From assembly GCF_000150275.1 (NCBI RefSeq), contig NW_002060968.1, positions 43,797 to 107,796 of the forward strand: 64,000 nucleotides of DNA, written 5' to 3'. The notes beneath the pieces are model-generated. The model made no database searches, was not told the origin of the DNA, and saw only the letters and a program-made list of their open reading frames with translations. The DNA is from Trichoplax adhaerens (lineage: Eukaryota > Animalia > Placozoa). This document shows positions 31,539 through 46,000 of this stretch, in pieces. The position numbers and the translations under genes are program-made. Each line of letters starts with the position of its first letter. The stretch's first letter is position 1.

Positions 31539-34500
31539 TTATACACGAGTTTGATTGAATAGCTTTGAATGATTCGAACGAACAGAGCCATCCATCTCCT
31601 GTTTTACAGCAGCAATCTTTTCCATAAGCTGGTTGTATTCACGTCCAATTGGAAATAATAACGGCAGATAGTTACAAATACAATACAAAAATAATCATTA
31701 CTATACGAAGGTATATAAAGCCATTCGATAAACTTAAGAATTGCATGATGTGTAAATACTTGCACATGATATAAACGTATACGAGTAGTTCTTTACCTTA
31801 TTGCAAGCATGTTCTACAGATTTGTAATGATTATGCTCAGATTCCTAAACATAGACAATTAATATCAACAATCGAAGAATGGCTTCATCATGATCAGATA
31901 GCATAATGCTACCGATCAAAAGCAACATTATACCTGTCGCCTTGTTCGCGGATTCCATCGTAGGTAATACGATGACCAAAGACTGATGTAACGAAGGCTA
32001 GCATTTGGATATATTACCTATTAATACGTAAAGACAAAATTAGTTTGGAGTCGTTTTATCCACATACCTAAAACCTTCACATCATTCTAATATATGCCAT
32101 AACTTACATGCTCATGTCTTGTATACTGAACATTTTTATAGTCTTCAACCTATAGGACGACAAAAAAATATAACTCATTTATTAATCAATAATATTACAA
32201 AAATTTAGTATCAAAATAGAATCTACGTACATTTAGATTAATATAATCCCATAGAGAAAATGTTTTAGTCTTCAAATTCTACAAAAGTAAACCATTACGT
32301 TTGACTTCTTAGTAACAACATACTATCAAAGTTAGAATCCCTGGACAATTTTAGCTTACATGCTCTTCTCTAACTCTTTCACAATCGTACAAGAAAGTGC
32401 CAAATAAGCAACTGCAAGTTATAATGAAAGTAGGATTAATAAGGATATTCAATATCGAATAATTAATTGCCTTATTAGTATTACAACCTATATAAATGGT
32501 CCAAAATAGCTATAAGAAGACGTTCATTGAATTCAAATGCGCACGGAAACTAAAATGTAGCATAACAATAACAGTCGAGGGTGAAAAACTAACGCATATA
32601 CCGTCATTGAAGCATAGCATAACTTAAAGTCAGACCAATTCATTGTAATGTCAATATCCTCAATTTCTAACCTGCTGTAACACCTGCCAAACACAGTCCA
32701 TAAATTGAAGAAAGACCGGTGAGCGTTCGCTATCGTTTGGCTTATTTTCACCGTGACCAATACGCTATTATAAATTAAATCGTATTTAAGTACGCATTAA
32801 CCTTGAAGCCATTACAGCATTAATGACGGTACCTGTGCAAATTTATGACCAAAACTTAGCCACTCTTTTTCAATTAGAACCTAGACATAAATTATTCATA
32901 ACAACCTGTGTGAGACAATTATACTTGTAATAATTATACTAACATCACTGCATCGTAGTAGCACATGTTATGGTCAATAAAGTGATGCAATAGGCATTAT
33001 TACTTTGAATCTATTACCTGAAAACCATTGATAGTTCTATATTCGGGGTCTAACAGTAGCATGCTAAGACCGGTCAACTGAAAGAAAGCATACGAAAGAT
33101 TTTATTAGAAAAATTGACTGCAATTTTGATTAAAAAAGTACTAGTAAGCATATTACTTATTTACCTGTGCCGTTCTATCCCAGCCATCACTACAGTGTAC
33201 GATTACAGAATGGTAACGTCTCTCGACCAAATCAACGATGAAAATAGCTCCAGCAAGAACCAACTAAAATGTTAACAGAGTGAATAATTACATACACCAC
33301 TGTTAATGTGAATGAACTTCAGTGCTAGAACATCCAAAACTATGTTGCAAATTATGCTGTATCTACCTTGATGTGTTCCAACCACTTTGTTGATTCTAAA
33401 TTAGCATACCAATGCACATCGTCAATTGCGTAGCATACATCGCGTAATTTATTCATACTAAATGGAAAATGCAAAAGTAATAATTTATAACTTTAGGTAA
33501 AACTCTCCGAGTCTCAGCCAGGCAGCATTTTAGACATTGAATAATAAATTGTTTTACCTATCTCTCATTACATGGATATTTTCTATATCTAAGAACTCCA
33601 ATTCCATATTTGTATATTTTTCATTAGCTTCAAAACCTCCACCTTTAAGCTAAATATTAATATTACCATTATTATCTAACCTAGTATTTAATAGCCCGTA
33701 CTAATTTGATGATGTAATACGCACATCTAATTTTTTGCATACCTTATTTGCGACAGCATTCTTCTTTGGTCTTGCATCGACTACGTAAATCTTTTGATCA
33801 CTATTAGCCTCCCAGATGAGCTGAAGAATAATACAAAAAAGGCAATTTTATGATACTGTTAATCCTGAACCATTTCAGTGTACCCGCTACGAACTTAAAA
33901 GAGGAAATTTCAATATATACCCTAAAATAATTCTTATCTTCCTCACTAGGCTTATCTATCAAACCACTTGTCGGTTGACTACATCTAAGAATTACTGGCG
34001 GATGTTCAGGATGCACCCATGTTAACACCTATATAGCCAAATATAGCAAAGATTAGCTCAATAGTCAATTTAATACGAAGCAAATTCGATAGAATAAGTA
34101 TAGTTTACAGGCAATCGATTCCTAGTACGGTGCTCCGCCACACTTTTAAGATTTTCTTCATTTGCCGCATCAGGAACTACAAGCTAAGGAAGATGAAATA
34201 ATTTATTGTCAAAACATCAAGTGGTTGCAAATTTGTTAGCCCTTTGTACATACTACAATATATTAGAACAAACTACAGTATACTACTTAGACCATCTAGA
34301 GCGAACAAACCAGAGAGGGATATGAAGAGCAGAATTTATAATCATTATTGATATCAGTGGTTTTCCATAAGCCACGACGAGTCTGTTAAAAGATTCAGAT
34401 ATCATGTTTATTCTATTTCAACATTTAAGGCTAAAGTATCACACTTGATTTAAACACGTACCATTCTTTTATATTCTACTTGTGGGTCGAATATTTTCCA

Positions 34501-37372
34501 TCCGGTACTTTCAAAATCGGGATAGTTTCCTTTAAATTTATAGGCAAAAAATTCCTAGGCGTGCCATGTGATGATCATTATAGTTTATTTTAGTTCAGTG
34601 GATAGAAAGGGTAGTAGGTCAATTGGGTACTTACATCTTTACGAGTCACGGGAAATGCATTAATCTATAAAGACCGTTTATTAAATAATACCAATATGCC
34701 CTTAGTTTGAGTAAACGGAATGCGTAGTAAAAGCAAGCTGTCGTTGTCAACATGCGGACAGCTATATCGAGAAAGTACTTCAATATACTAAAAGTAGACC
34801 AATCTGTCGATGTCAATACTAACCATAAGTGCGCTGTAGACAAGTCGACGTGAAGTAGCTTCTGCCTTGTGGGAAAATCGCAACACTCGCAAATCCTACA
34901 ATTAATATTATCGTTATCAATTGATAATACGGTATGATTCTTTGGAGGTCGTTATTACATTTTCCTGCCAGAATAATTATGTATTATTTATAATACATAC
35001 CTTACATACGATATCCAAATTATAAGAATTTTCGCGATTCTTTGTATAACTAACTTTCTTTACTTCTGCTATACAGCCCAAAGGAACTAAAAAATTGTGT
35101 TGAGCTAACGATGGTATAAATCTTGCCATCTATTATATATAGAATGGATAAGATGAAAAATTGGATGAATATTGGTGCCAATAATTCCGTAACATCATGC
35201 TTTATATTACACAAGTACAGTAAATTTATTAGAATTATCAATTACTACGTCTAAAATATGATTCTTTATAACAGAATGACTTGCATGAATGGCCATTTTT
35301 GCAAAATGATCCTTGATTCATTATATGTTACGAAGGAGTATCGATATCACTTGAAATATCGCAGAAAATGCAAACTAATACCCTGAGAACTAAGCGATAT
35401 AGCCACCTGATGTAAGAAAAATTTTAATACTATGCAAATGGTTTGCACGATAATCAAGCAGACTACAGTTTACAAGAAAACTAAAGCATGTACAGTAACT
35501 AATATTTATGAATAACAGTACTGCAAAATGACTAGAACTAATACTGTCCGTTATCTTGCCATGCGATCGTACTGTTAGATACAAATATTTAAGAATAACA
35601 GTATTGCAAAATGATTAGAACTAATACTGTCAGTTACCTTGCCATGCCCCAGCATACTGTTTGTTACAAATGTGGATAATTAACCCCGACGTCTAATTGC
35701 TTATAAAAGTAGCTAGAACGCTGTAATTACAATCACACTGATGATATACAAGGGAAACGAGTTGAAGTTATTGTCAAATTAATTCATTTTCTCTTTCAAT
35801 TTACTGACTACTTTTAATGATGATTTATGACGATAGAATGGGAATGACAGAATTTTAATAGGTACATCGACAGTAAAATTTGAAGCCCCTTTATTATCAT
35901 ATAGGACATGCTGAAATCGATGATATGTTGGAGTGAAATATTGTAGAACTTACCCCTTCATCTGCGCTGGTACATTTAAAGAATAATTTGTAGTTAGTAA
36001 CGATAACATCGCCTTTCAGCCGACCAGCATAAGGGCATAAATAAGTCACGTCGCTCACTATCGAAAAAGAAAGCATACCATGATTACAACTTGGATATCC
36101 ATAAATCACGATAAATATAAGTTAATACCTATATCTGGATGATACATCGATAGTATAATCTACAGCTCCTCATATAACTCCTTTATAACGTTATTACAAG
36201 GAGTTTTAGACTGTTATAGTACTAAGTAATGCTTAATTCTACCCTATTGCAACTCCAACTGCGTTCCTAGTACAGTATAGCTGTAGAGTCAATTAACGAT
36301 AGACTGTAGGTACATAAGCTTCGACTATGACTAAATCATGAAAACAGTATAATATGTAAAGCAGCGAATAGTATATTATCAAACCATGAGCTTTGACTTC
36401 TTCTCCTTTCAAAAGCCACATTGCATCCGTTTTATCGAGATCAATGTCCTTAAAATATTCCTACATTAGGAGTAAAAAAATTCAGTGACTGCAGTCGCGC
36501 ACTAGTCAGCAAGATCCTCATCATTGCAAATCATTTTATCATCATCTCTCTTTCTGGCTGTAATACGCCAATTTTAATATTTTAATATAGCGTTTTGAAT
36601 CTCTATTATATGCATACTATTCACTAAGAAGTTTATGTCAAGGTACCACGAGTAAACTATTATCATTGCATGAAAACAACAAAATCAATCGTCCCACTAC
36701 ATGATTTATGATCGGCCTTGTCGTCTAAGATAGGCGAGACGTTACCATGGGCGTTTTTATTTCATATGGAATCCGTTATTACGTTAAGAAAGAAGGTTAA
36801 TAACCCACATAGAATTGATTTTCAATCCATAATTAAAAACGGAATTAGACTGCAGGATAAGCGATCCCTACATTAACAAGCCTCGGATTAGAGAGCAGAG
36901 TGGACGATATTGTTTGATTGAAAATAGCTTGACTGCAGTAGTGCATGCCTCCATAACGTTGTCAAAACGTGCATGTCCAGAATAGTTCTATCTCAATATA
37001 CGATTGATTTGATGCTGTAATCAACCTATCGATGCTATATCGTTATGGTTGAAGAGTAATTTTGATCGAGTCAATCTTTCTTCTCCTTTCCCTCCCTCTC
37101 CACTAAAACAGAAAAGAAATCATAGGAATATTTACCATCACTGGAAATTTGGATATTTTACCACTACTTTCTCCTTCTCGAGTAGGCGATGATGTCATTT
37201 CCTTCTCATCACTTCTCTTACTAGAAGTACTATCACCATTGGTAGTAGTTTCCAAAGGTGCTGCAGAAGTTCCACTAGCACTAGCAGCCGCAGTAGCAAC
37301 AGTAACCGCTTGAACACTTGCCGTCACTTGATTGGCGATAATTTCACCAGCACTTGATCTTCTCGACGCCAT
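31539..37372 (-). CDS. MTMR2: Myotubularin-family phosphoinositide 3-phosphatase (MTM1/MTMR1/MTMR2 group), about 24 exons
   Basis: PH-GRAM segment ([26 protein letters not shown]), then [28 protein letters not shown], an intact catalytic loop [12 protein letters not shown] (~33165-33200), [30 protein letters not shown] and YYLRWNPR. The last exon ends ...NQTRV*, a PDZ-binding-type tail. Confidence 0.93.
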
Positions 37373-37808
37373 ATTTCTTTGTATCCGTTTTCGATGCCTC
37401 TAACTTGGATTCAATTTCTACCCTATCTAGTTTGAATATTATCCAAGACAATAACTCATTACAATGACAACATCATTCAGCCATAATTTGATCGCTCATG
37501 GACTAGATTAACTTACCAATAAAAGGAAAGAAGCCAAAAATAGTGGAAGAGAAATGGCGAGAAAAGATGGAGGTCGGCGATTCGATTTGGCCTAGCAAAT
37601 GTTTCGATTATGAAAATAAAGGGAATTGACCAGGAACTCCAGCAAGGACTAGTAGCTAGTGGTAGGTCTCGACGTCTTAGCCACAAGTTAATAAGATTAC
37701 TATAGGCTACACTTGAGTGTCTGAGACACAATACTCTCGTATGTTGACGACAACAAGCTTTTGATACAGCACGTCATTGTGCAGCTGCGCAGTGGGTACA
37801 GGTCTGAA

Positions 37809-37816
37809 CCGGAAGT
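37809..37816 (+). promoter_or_regulatory. ETS/GABP-type motif CCGGAAGT in the probable myotubularin promoter
   Basis: Exact motif upstream of a probable 5' UTR exon (minus-strand donor gtaagt near 37516). Confidence 0.4.
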
Positions 37817-37873
37817 TTTCTCTTATAGCTCGACAAGGAACTACAAATTAACCAAAAATGACGTGTACTCCTC

Positions 37874-39038
37874 TTGGCCATCCAATCAATACAGCACTAT
37901 AGAAATCATGGCAAGTCACATCCACTCAAATACAGTACTATAGAAATCACGGGAAGAACATGCAAGTTACTACGGTAATTTGCGAAATTCATCAAATACT
38001 GTCAAAATGCAATTATAAGTACAGTATGTATATTTATATATAGGTTAACATATATATATATATATATATATACTGTATATTTGGTCATCCACTCAATACA
38101 GTACTATAGACATCATGGGAAGAACATACAAGTCACATCCACTCAAATACAGTACTATAGAAATCACGGGAAGAACATGCAAGTTACTACGGTAATTTAC
38201 GAAATTCATCAAATACTGTCAAAATGCAATTATAAGTACAGTATGTATATATATATATATTTGGTCATCCACTCAATACAGTACTATAGAAATCATGGCA
38301 AGAACATGCAAGTTACTACGGTAATTTGCGAAATTCATCAAATACTGTCAAAATGCAATTATAAGTACAGTATGTATATTTATATACATATATATATATA
38401 TTTGGTCATCCACTCAATACAGTACTATAGAAATCATGGCAAGAACATGCAAGTCACATCCACTCAAATACAGTACTATAGAAATCACGGGAAGAACATG
38501 CAGTTACTACGGTAATTCGCGAAGTTCATCAAATACTGTCAAAATGCAATTATAAGTACAGTATGTATATTTATATACATTGTCATCCACTCAATACAGC
38601 ACTATAGTAATCATGGGAAGAACAGGCAAGTTACATCCACTCAAATGTAGTACTATAGAAATCACAGGAAGGACATGCAAGTTACTACCGTAATTAGCGA
38701 AATTCATCGAATAGTGTCAAAATGTAATTATAAGTACTGTACAAGTGGACTGTACAGTATATATATTTATACATATTATATATATATACTTGGTCATCCA
38801 CTCTTTACAGTCCTATAGAAATCACGGGAAGAACATGCAAGTTACCTCGGTAATTTGTGAAATCCATCAATTAGTATTAAAATGCAACCGTAAGTACAGT
38901 ATATATGTTATATATACTTGGCCATCCACTCAAATACAGTGCTATAGAAATCACGGGAAGAACATGCAAGTTATTACGGTAATTTGCGAAATTCATCAAA
39001 TACTGTCAAAATGCAATTATAAGTACAGTATGTGCATT

Positions 39039-39072
<34 letters not shown>

Positions 39073-39398
39073 CTTGGTCATTCACTCAATACAGTACTAT
39101 AGAAATCACGGGAAGAACATGCAAGTTACTACGGTAATTTGCGAAATCCATCAAATAGTCTTAAAATGCAACCGTAAGTACATCATATATATATTTATAT
39201 ATATATACCGTAACATATATATACTTGGCTATCCACTCAAATACAGTACTATAGAAATCACGGGAAGAACATACAAGTTACCACGGCAATTTGTGAAATT
39301 CATCAAACAGCGTCAAAATGCAATCATAATACAGTACTATAGAAATCATGGCCATCCACACAATACAGTACTATATAAATCACGTCAACAAGTTACAT
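37874..39398. repeat. Composite satellite: ~50-nt A unit (catccactcaaatacagtactatagaaatcacgggaagaacatgcaagt) + ~70-nt B unit (tactacggtaatttgcgaaattcatcaaatactgtcaaaatgcaattataagtacagtat) + (AT)n
   Basis: Directly visible, with about 8 B-containing monomers and additional A units. It explains the repetitive QYYRNHGKNMQV ORFs. Confidence 0.95.
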
Positions 39399-39814
39399 AA
39401 CGTATTTTGATATTTTAATTAATATAATATGAGATTAGTAAATAAGTGTTACGTAAATATCTGATATAGTATATTACAAAATAAGTTAAAATGCAGATCA
39501 TATTACACCTGATAGCCTTCATATTATATTCGAAACATTCTTTCAGGATATAGTAAGTACGCAACGGATTCAAATTGAACTCCGGTAATCGATTAAAAAT
39601 TAATAACTATTTATTCATAAGCGACTGAAAGCACTGATATTTTCTCTGCATTATTTTACCTCCAAAATCTTTATTTTCGTTTTCACGTTCAACAACGACT
39701 TTTCACGAAGCTCTGTTATATTAGTCAATTTAATACTTGCTAATATGATTCATGACTAATCTAAACTATAAATTTAGATATTGACCTTGTAAATTGTTGC
39801 GATATAATTAAATA

Positions 39815-40086
39815 ATACTGGATGTGACTAGTTTTTCATTAACATGTTTTTTCTGCTATTTCGCCCTTTTACAGATCGTATGGTCTAGTCATAAATATTG
39901 ATAGGTGACACCTGTGAAGGACTTCTCTCCTTCCAATAATTTAGCATGCTGGCAGATATGGGTAAATAAATATTTGAATTTTCATATTGTTGTCTAAGAT
40001 ATTCAATATCGCTATCAGAAAGATCTAAATCCTTTACTAATCGAATCCATTCATCTCCAATAGTCAATTATAACAACTAAGCATTT
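39815..40086 (-). pseudogene. Vestigial third Death domain downstream of the Roco stop codon
   Basis: After TAA at 40087-40089 the frame reads KCLVVIIDY. A frameshift then leads to IGDEWIRLVKDLDLSDSDIEYLRQQY...SMLNYWKER, followed by a stop and a shift to DL*KGEIAEKHV. This is a complete death-fold pattern broken by stops and frameshifts. Confidence 0.7.
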
Positions 40087-43000
40087 TTATAACCATATTT
40101 TTCGAATGCTCTTTAATTGAATTAAAATTTGAACAGATATATCACTTGAGGTTGAATTTTTCCTCTACAGGACATTCTTTGCAAGATTATTTTATTACAC
40201 TAATGGGTGCTAGAATCTTTGATAAGCTGAAACATCAATGTAGCTTGTGGCAACTTAGTATGCTACTTGTTAATAACACCCTTTATCAAAATAACTATAC
40301 AGCGTACGTATGTCATATATTATATATAGTCGGATGATATAGTTATCATTTGGTTATAAGATTTTCTAACTAAATAATTTTAGACAAAATTCATGTAATT
40401 AACTATGCATGGCTACTTGAGATCCCTCACTTGCATTTGCATAATCTTTTATTTTTGCTTCGATTTGATCTGCCAAAGTATTGATATTCATCTTGCGTAT
40501 TACCGAAACTACTTTAAAAATATCAGGTTTAGAACCAGCTTTTTCTTTCCACAACAATAGAGCTCGAATCGTCTTTTCGAAAGGAGTATGAAACTCAGGA
40601 TTCAATCTAATTTCATCTATTTCTTGGATCGTTAAGCCCAATAACATTTCCAAACGGAATAATCTATCTTGATTAAGTTCAGCAGCTATGATATTGAAGC
40701 ATAAGTCAAACATTCCTAAGTTAAAATAAAGTTGACAACATTAAGAAATTTTGCTCTTCAACGATTCAAGTTTGTAATATGATCTAAAATGAGTGAAACA
40801 TTAGCCATAATGTTTCAACAATTTCATTTCATGATGATTTTAACTTTAACTCACAAGGTAGACTGTAACGCAATGGTTATTTTTGTTGTAACTAATACTG
40901 TCTATTAGTATACATAGTTTCATAATTTAATGCAATAACTCGCTTTAAATATAGTTAAATCAAATGACTAGAAACAGTGTCTTTTTAGCCATCGTTTTTG
41001 GCTGGAAAATTATGACATATTATTTTACTTGTATATTGCAGTTACTATTAAAAGAAAAGGTAGTGTAATATATTCTCAGTTAATTTTTAAAAATGCCAGT
41101 GAATATATTACCTTGTCTGCTAGACGTTAGCGCCGTTTGATGCTCTTCTTGGAATTGTTGTGATTGATCTTGATTATGAAAAATATCATTAACTAAATGC
41201 TTTCAATATTCATGACAGTAATTTTGAATAAATAGAAGCTACGCGATCAAAATTTGATCTGACGTTCGCCAATAACTTATCTTTGTACAGTGAATTGTTT
41301 CAGTTAATCAATAATAGAATTATCATCTGCCATTTTGGGGCTAATTAGTCTTGTTCTAGCTTCATATATACATTATACATTATTTACTGTGGGATTTGCT
41401 TATTAAAACAACTAGAATTTAAGATATACGAATATACTGTGAAATAAAGAATGGGTATACCATACACATTGAATGGCTATTTATGATCGGAAACCCAAAG
41501 ATTTAATATAGATGCTATTTAACATAAGTTTACGTTGCTATGATTACATATTTTGTAAGTATGAAATCTTTTTAAAACCTAAATTTAAATCTTCATAGAC
41601 ATTTTATGTAATTAAAGTAATTTTATGAAAGAAATTCTTCTATTTGGACGCTTTTATATTATAAACTCGTTTGCAGTATAAAGAATTTAAAAATTAAGAT
41701 AAATAAAACGAATTAATTTTAACTCGAAACTTTATCCTACCTGGTAATTTCTCCTGCTCAAAAATCTGCCACTCACGTACTGATTTCGATTGAAAGTAGA
41801 TACAACACGCTGAACACTTGATAGCATCCGTCTTGCCGATTAAATGAGTAATCACTTTTGTTAACTTTTTACAAGCAGAGCACTTTACGTAAAATCGATA
41901 TTTAGAAGATTTCAACTTTGGCATCCTGTCACTGACCACCTCTTTTAGCTTTTTCTTTATCATTATATGCGGTTTAATGTCGTAAATAAAACGTTTAACA
42001 TTTTCCGCAACATCCTTGATTAAATCTTCCGCCGGGATCTTATAGCAAAATTGCAGGCCAATATAACAATCTATTTTCTTGATAATAATCTCACATGGAT
42101 AATCTACTAAGTGATATTTTGCACATCGATGATAAATTTCTACTTGCGGATTGCTCCATATTTTTAAACATGCGGATAAATGGCAATGAAATATTCCCAT
42201 CGGTATGTAAGACACTGAATCATATCCAATATATAACCAATCTGATTGGTAATAATCTGCCAGCTCTAGCTCAGTCGATGAACGTAGTAAATACGGTACA
42301 AAGTATTGACGTTCAGCCGTATTTCTATCATCGCAATTTTCACTCTCAATCTTACAGATGATGTGATAACTTTCCATTAATTGTAAAATAAACTCTTTCT
42401 CAGTTTTATTTAATTTAAATTCAGCTGTGGCGTAATTTAAACATAATTCTGGCATTTTACCAGTCTTATAAACCATTTCAAAGCAATCCTGTATTCCAGA
42501 ATTCATAAATTTGCTTGTTTTATCACCAATTTTAATAATTGATTGAAATATTCTGAGTAACCAGTCAAGATTGGTTACAATCATTCCATCTAATCCTTTC
42601 TTCTTACAAAATACGATTTCGCCTATATCACGTAAATAGAGTAGCATACTACGTAATGTTGCATCGTCTTCATACAATCCGCAGTCTGTAGCTAGCTGTT
42701 TGATTTCATCAAAGGTCATAATGTTACGTATCCTACGTGCAATATCACCGAAAGGAGATTCCGATATAGCTGCACCAGCTTTCCTAGATTTAAAGTCGGT
42801 GGATGTATGTAATATTGATGCTAGAATATACCATCGAATAGGAATCGATTGTCGCATAAATTTTCGATTGGTGGCAAATTGTTTGATTAGCTCATGGAGA
42901 TCTCGATTAGTGTTTTGACGTCGCTCAATGGCTGTTTGGGTATTATCTTCGCAATTGCAGTGAAATATGATGCCAGAACTGCATATATTATATTTATAGT

Positions 43001-46000
43001 CTGGCATAGCTTCGGTTAATGCTTTTGTAAATGTATGAAATTTTCGTTTGCGCTCCTCCTCATCTATTATCTGATCACCGTGTGATGCAATCAAAATCAC
43101 AACTGGTAAATTATATTCTATTTCTATTCCGTTATGAGTTACGTTAACTTTATCTTGACCGTCATAACTGCCAATAATCGATGTAAGCCATTCTTGCATG
43201 GCCTGTCGATAAGTCATATTAATGGGTTTGTTATCTCGATCGATAATAGCATCATCAATATCGCGTAAGATATTAAATACTAAGATATAAAGACTATTTC
43301 CAGATAGAAATGGACGATGAGCCACATAGTAGATAGCCTGACCTCCCAAATCGGTCAATTTTCCATAGCGATCATCGGTGTCGCCTTCAATTTTGCCCTT
43401 TAAACCGGTCAGTGTTCGCATAAATTCTTCATAGATTACAATCTTGTCACCTGGCTTTGGCATTGAATCTCTCGTTGGCTCTATATCATTATTGGGAATA
43501 GCTGTAGATGAATTTAGATTGATATTTTTCGACATGCGATTTTTAACTAATTCCATTTTTGGCTCTTTTGCCGTAAATGTAACCATGTGGCTTCCATCTT
43601 CCTCTATTTTCCGCATGCTTTGGCAATTAATGACGGTCTCTTCATTATCGATTAGAATATCTGTTTGGTCTAATAAATAAGTTGAATTTTCTTCATCTTG
43701 AACATTCGAGTTATTAATATTCATTGTATTTTTTAACTGTTCGATTACTATCAAGACCTTTTTATGTAATATCATTCGAAAATCAGCTTCTGTCTTATCA
43801 AACATATTAAATATGATCAGATTTGACAATTTCTTAACTTCGTCCGCAATAATAGTTTCGCTAGTAAAAGTGATATATCCATTATTTATGAATGCACTTA
43901 TAATAGATGTTTTACCAACATTTTCAGGACCAGCAATAACAATTTTGGTAAAATCATTGCGACACTTTCCGATTTTCAACGCCTTGTCATAAGCCGATAA
44001 ATATTCTTTATTATCTATAGCTAGCGATAAAAAGATGTTGGCAGAATTATGAATTAGATAAGCTTGAGAAATACTCTGCTATTAGCCAGTATCAATTAAC
44101 ATTGTAAATTTAATTCTTAAGCTATTTCTAGCGAGTTATTTTACATAACATTGCCAATATTGCAATACATTATCGTAGGATTAGTATATAATATCTTCAT
44201 TATCTTACTTTTAGAATCTTCATCATTTTCTCCATCAAAATTTGCAATGATGTTTTCAAGACTAAGATCTATTTTAATGAATCCATAATGAACAAGGTTA
44301 TTATTACGACTTATACGAATTAGAAATTAAAATATTTACCTAGTAGAATTTCCGCAACGTAATTGGATAATAGTGAATTTGATTGATTTTGAAGTAACAT
44401 TTCATATAGAATATCTGCTGTTTCTTTCCTTTTTAGACGGTAGAGACTGGCTATTAATGTTGAAAGGGAATACTGTGAAAGAATTCTCTCCTGCAAATAA
44501 TTTAGGTTTTGAACGGAAATAGCCAAAAGGGATTGATGACTTGAATTTTCGTCCTGTCGGTCAAGATTCCCAGTATCATCAACTGAAAGGCCTAAATACC
44601 TTGCTAATTGAAACCATCCATCTGCAATTTTATTTTTAATGACGGAATAACATTTGTCTAATGGATAAATAAAATTAGCTTCTAAATATTAGATAACGGC
44701 CAAATGAATAAACCTACATAGTTTATTGAATTAGGATTCCCTTAGCAAAATTGCTTATAAAAACCATTCATATACTTTTATAACTAGTCGCACTAATTTT
44801 TACGGTGTGAAGATAAAAAAAATTGACAGCAACAATAATGTATACTAATATTGAAAGGCTATTAACATTGTAAGTAGCCTAGTAGAACTAACCAACAAAT
44901 TCCTTTATTGCTTTATCTTCATTTTTCATGCTTACGGAACTTGCACCACTTGTTGCTCTATATTCGTTATATTCTGCGCCTACAGTATACGTACAATATT
45001 AGAACAAACTTAAGTAACATTTGCTTACTATAATAGTTTACTCTAATATTTTTTAACTAAAAATTAATGAAATTGTAGCATAATTATCAAAATTAGCAAA
45101 TACACTAGTGGATACCAATACGAAAGGATCATCCTATGGATGGGAAGGATTTTGATAACACAAAGTTACTGTAATATCACTCTTATTTGAATAAATGATT
45201 GTTTAATGTACTAATAATGCCTAATGCAACATTTTATATATGTACAGTATATGTTGAATTCTTTGCATAATAATTAAACTAAGAACCAACCAATAAAACC
45301 TATCGCTCTTTAATTACTGAAACACTTTGCCAATCAATTAATATGGATACTCTGCGCAATATTATTGTTATATTCATGTTATAGTGTTTACTGCTGATAT
45401 AATAACTAACATTAGTCTTAATTGTTAAGATTTAGATATGACTGCTTATTTAATGTAATTATCGATATTTAGTAACTTATAATAAATATGAGTACGTAAT
45501 AAAAAACAGTATTTAAGGCTGTGCAAGCTAAGCACGAGAGAGAGTTATTACGAAGAGTTGTAGATTAGATCGGATCTTGTTACTCGTTGGTAAGATATCG
45601 CTATTAATTTAGTTTTGTTCAATTACTCGTTGGTAACTTCTATTTTATAACTAATAAATTGTATATAGCCAAATGTAGATTCTGTTTTTATTATTTATTA
45701 CCAGATCCCAACAATTATAAAATGTAAAGAGCTCTTAAAACGATCGATCATGTTTTTATTTTTAAGCCTGCGTATATATAATTAAGTAAATAGATCTGGA
45801 TGGAAGATTATCTTGTTGACAACTAGAAAAGAAGTAGTGCAATCAATGCCATACTGGTACGCAATCTTACAATATATGTGGTTTTTGTTAATTCTTTTTT
45901 TGTCTTGCATACTGAGTTATATTTTTACATATTAAATCATTTTCGTTGTCTATGCACAAAAACACTTTATGAAGGTATTGGATAGCGGACAAATTACGAT

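Noticed and set aside
35865-35910. Extra myotubularin exon reading [15 protein letters not shown]
   Set aside because: It would need a 44-nt intron. Direct splicing from 35953 to the exon starting near 35130 already gives an in-frame GRAM domain.
37874-39398. CRISPR-like array or repeat-protein gene (ORFs 38081-38515, 38745-39137, 39032-39400)
   Set aside because: The intervening sequences are themselves repeats rather than unique spacers, there are no cas genes, the context is eukaryotic, and frames shift with (AT)n length.
42095-43680. Plus-strand ORFs (42095-42361, 42700-42918, 43444-43680)
   Set aside because: Antisense shadows of the long Roc-COR exon.
41694-43979. LRRK2/DAPK1 ortholog or NACHT/NB-ARC NLR
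   Set aside because: No kinase, LRR or ankyrin exons nearby. The motifs are Roc GTPase G1/G3/G4, not STAND Walker B or GxP.
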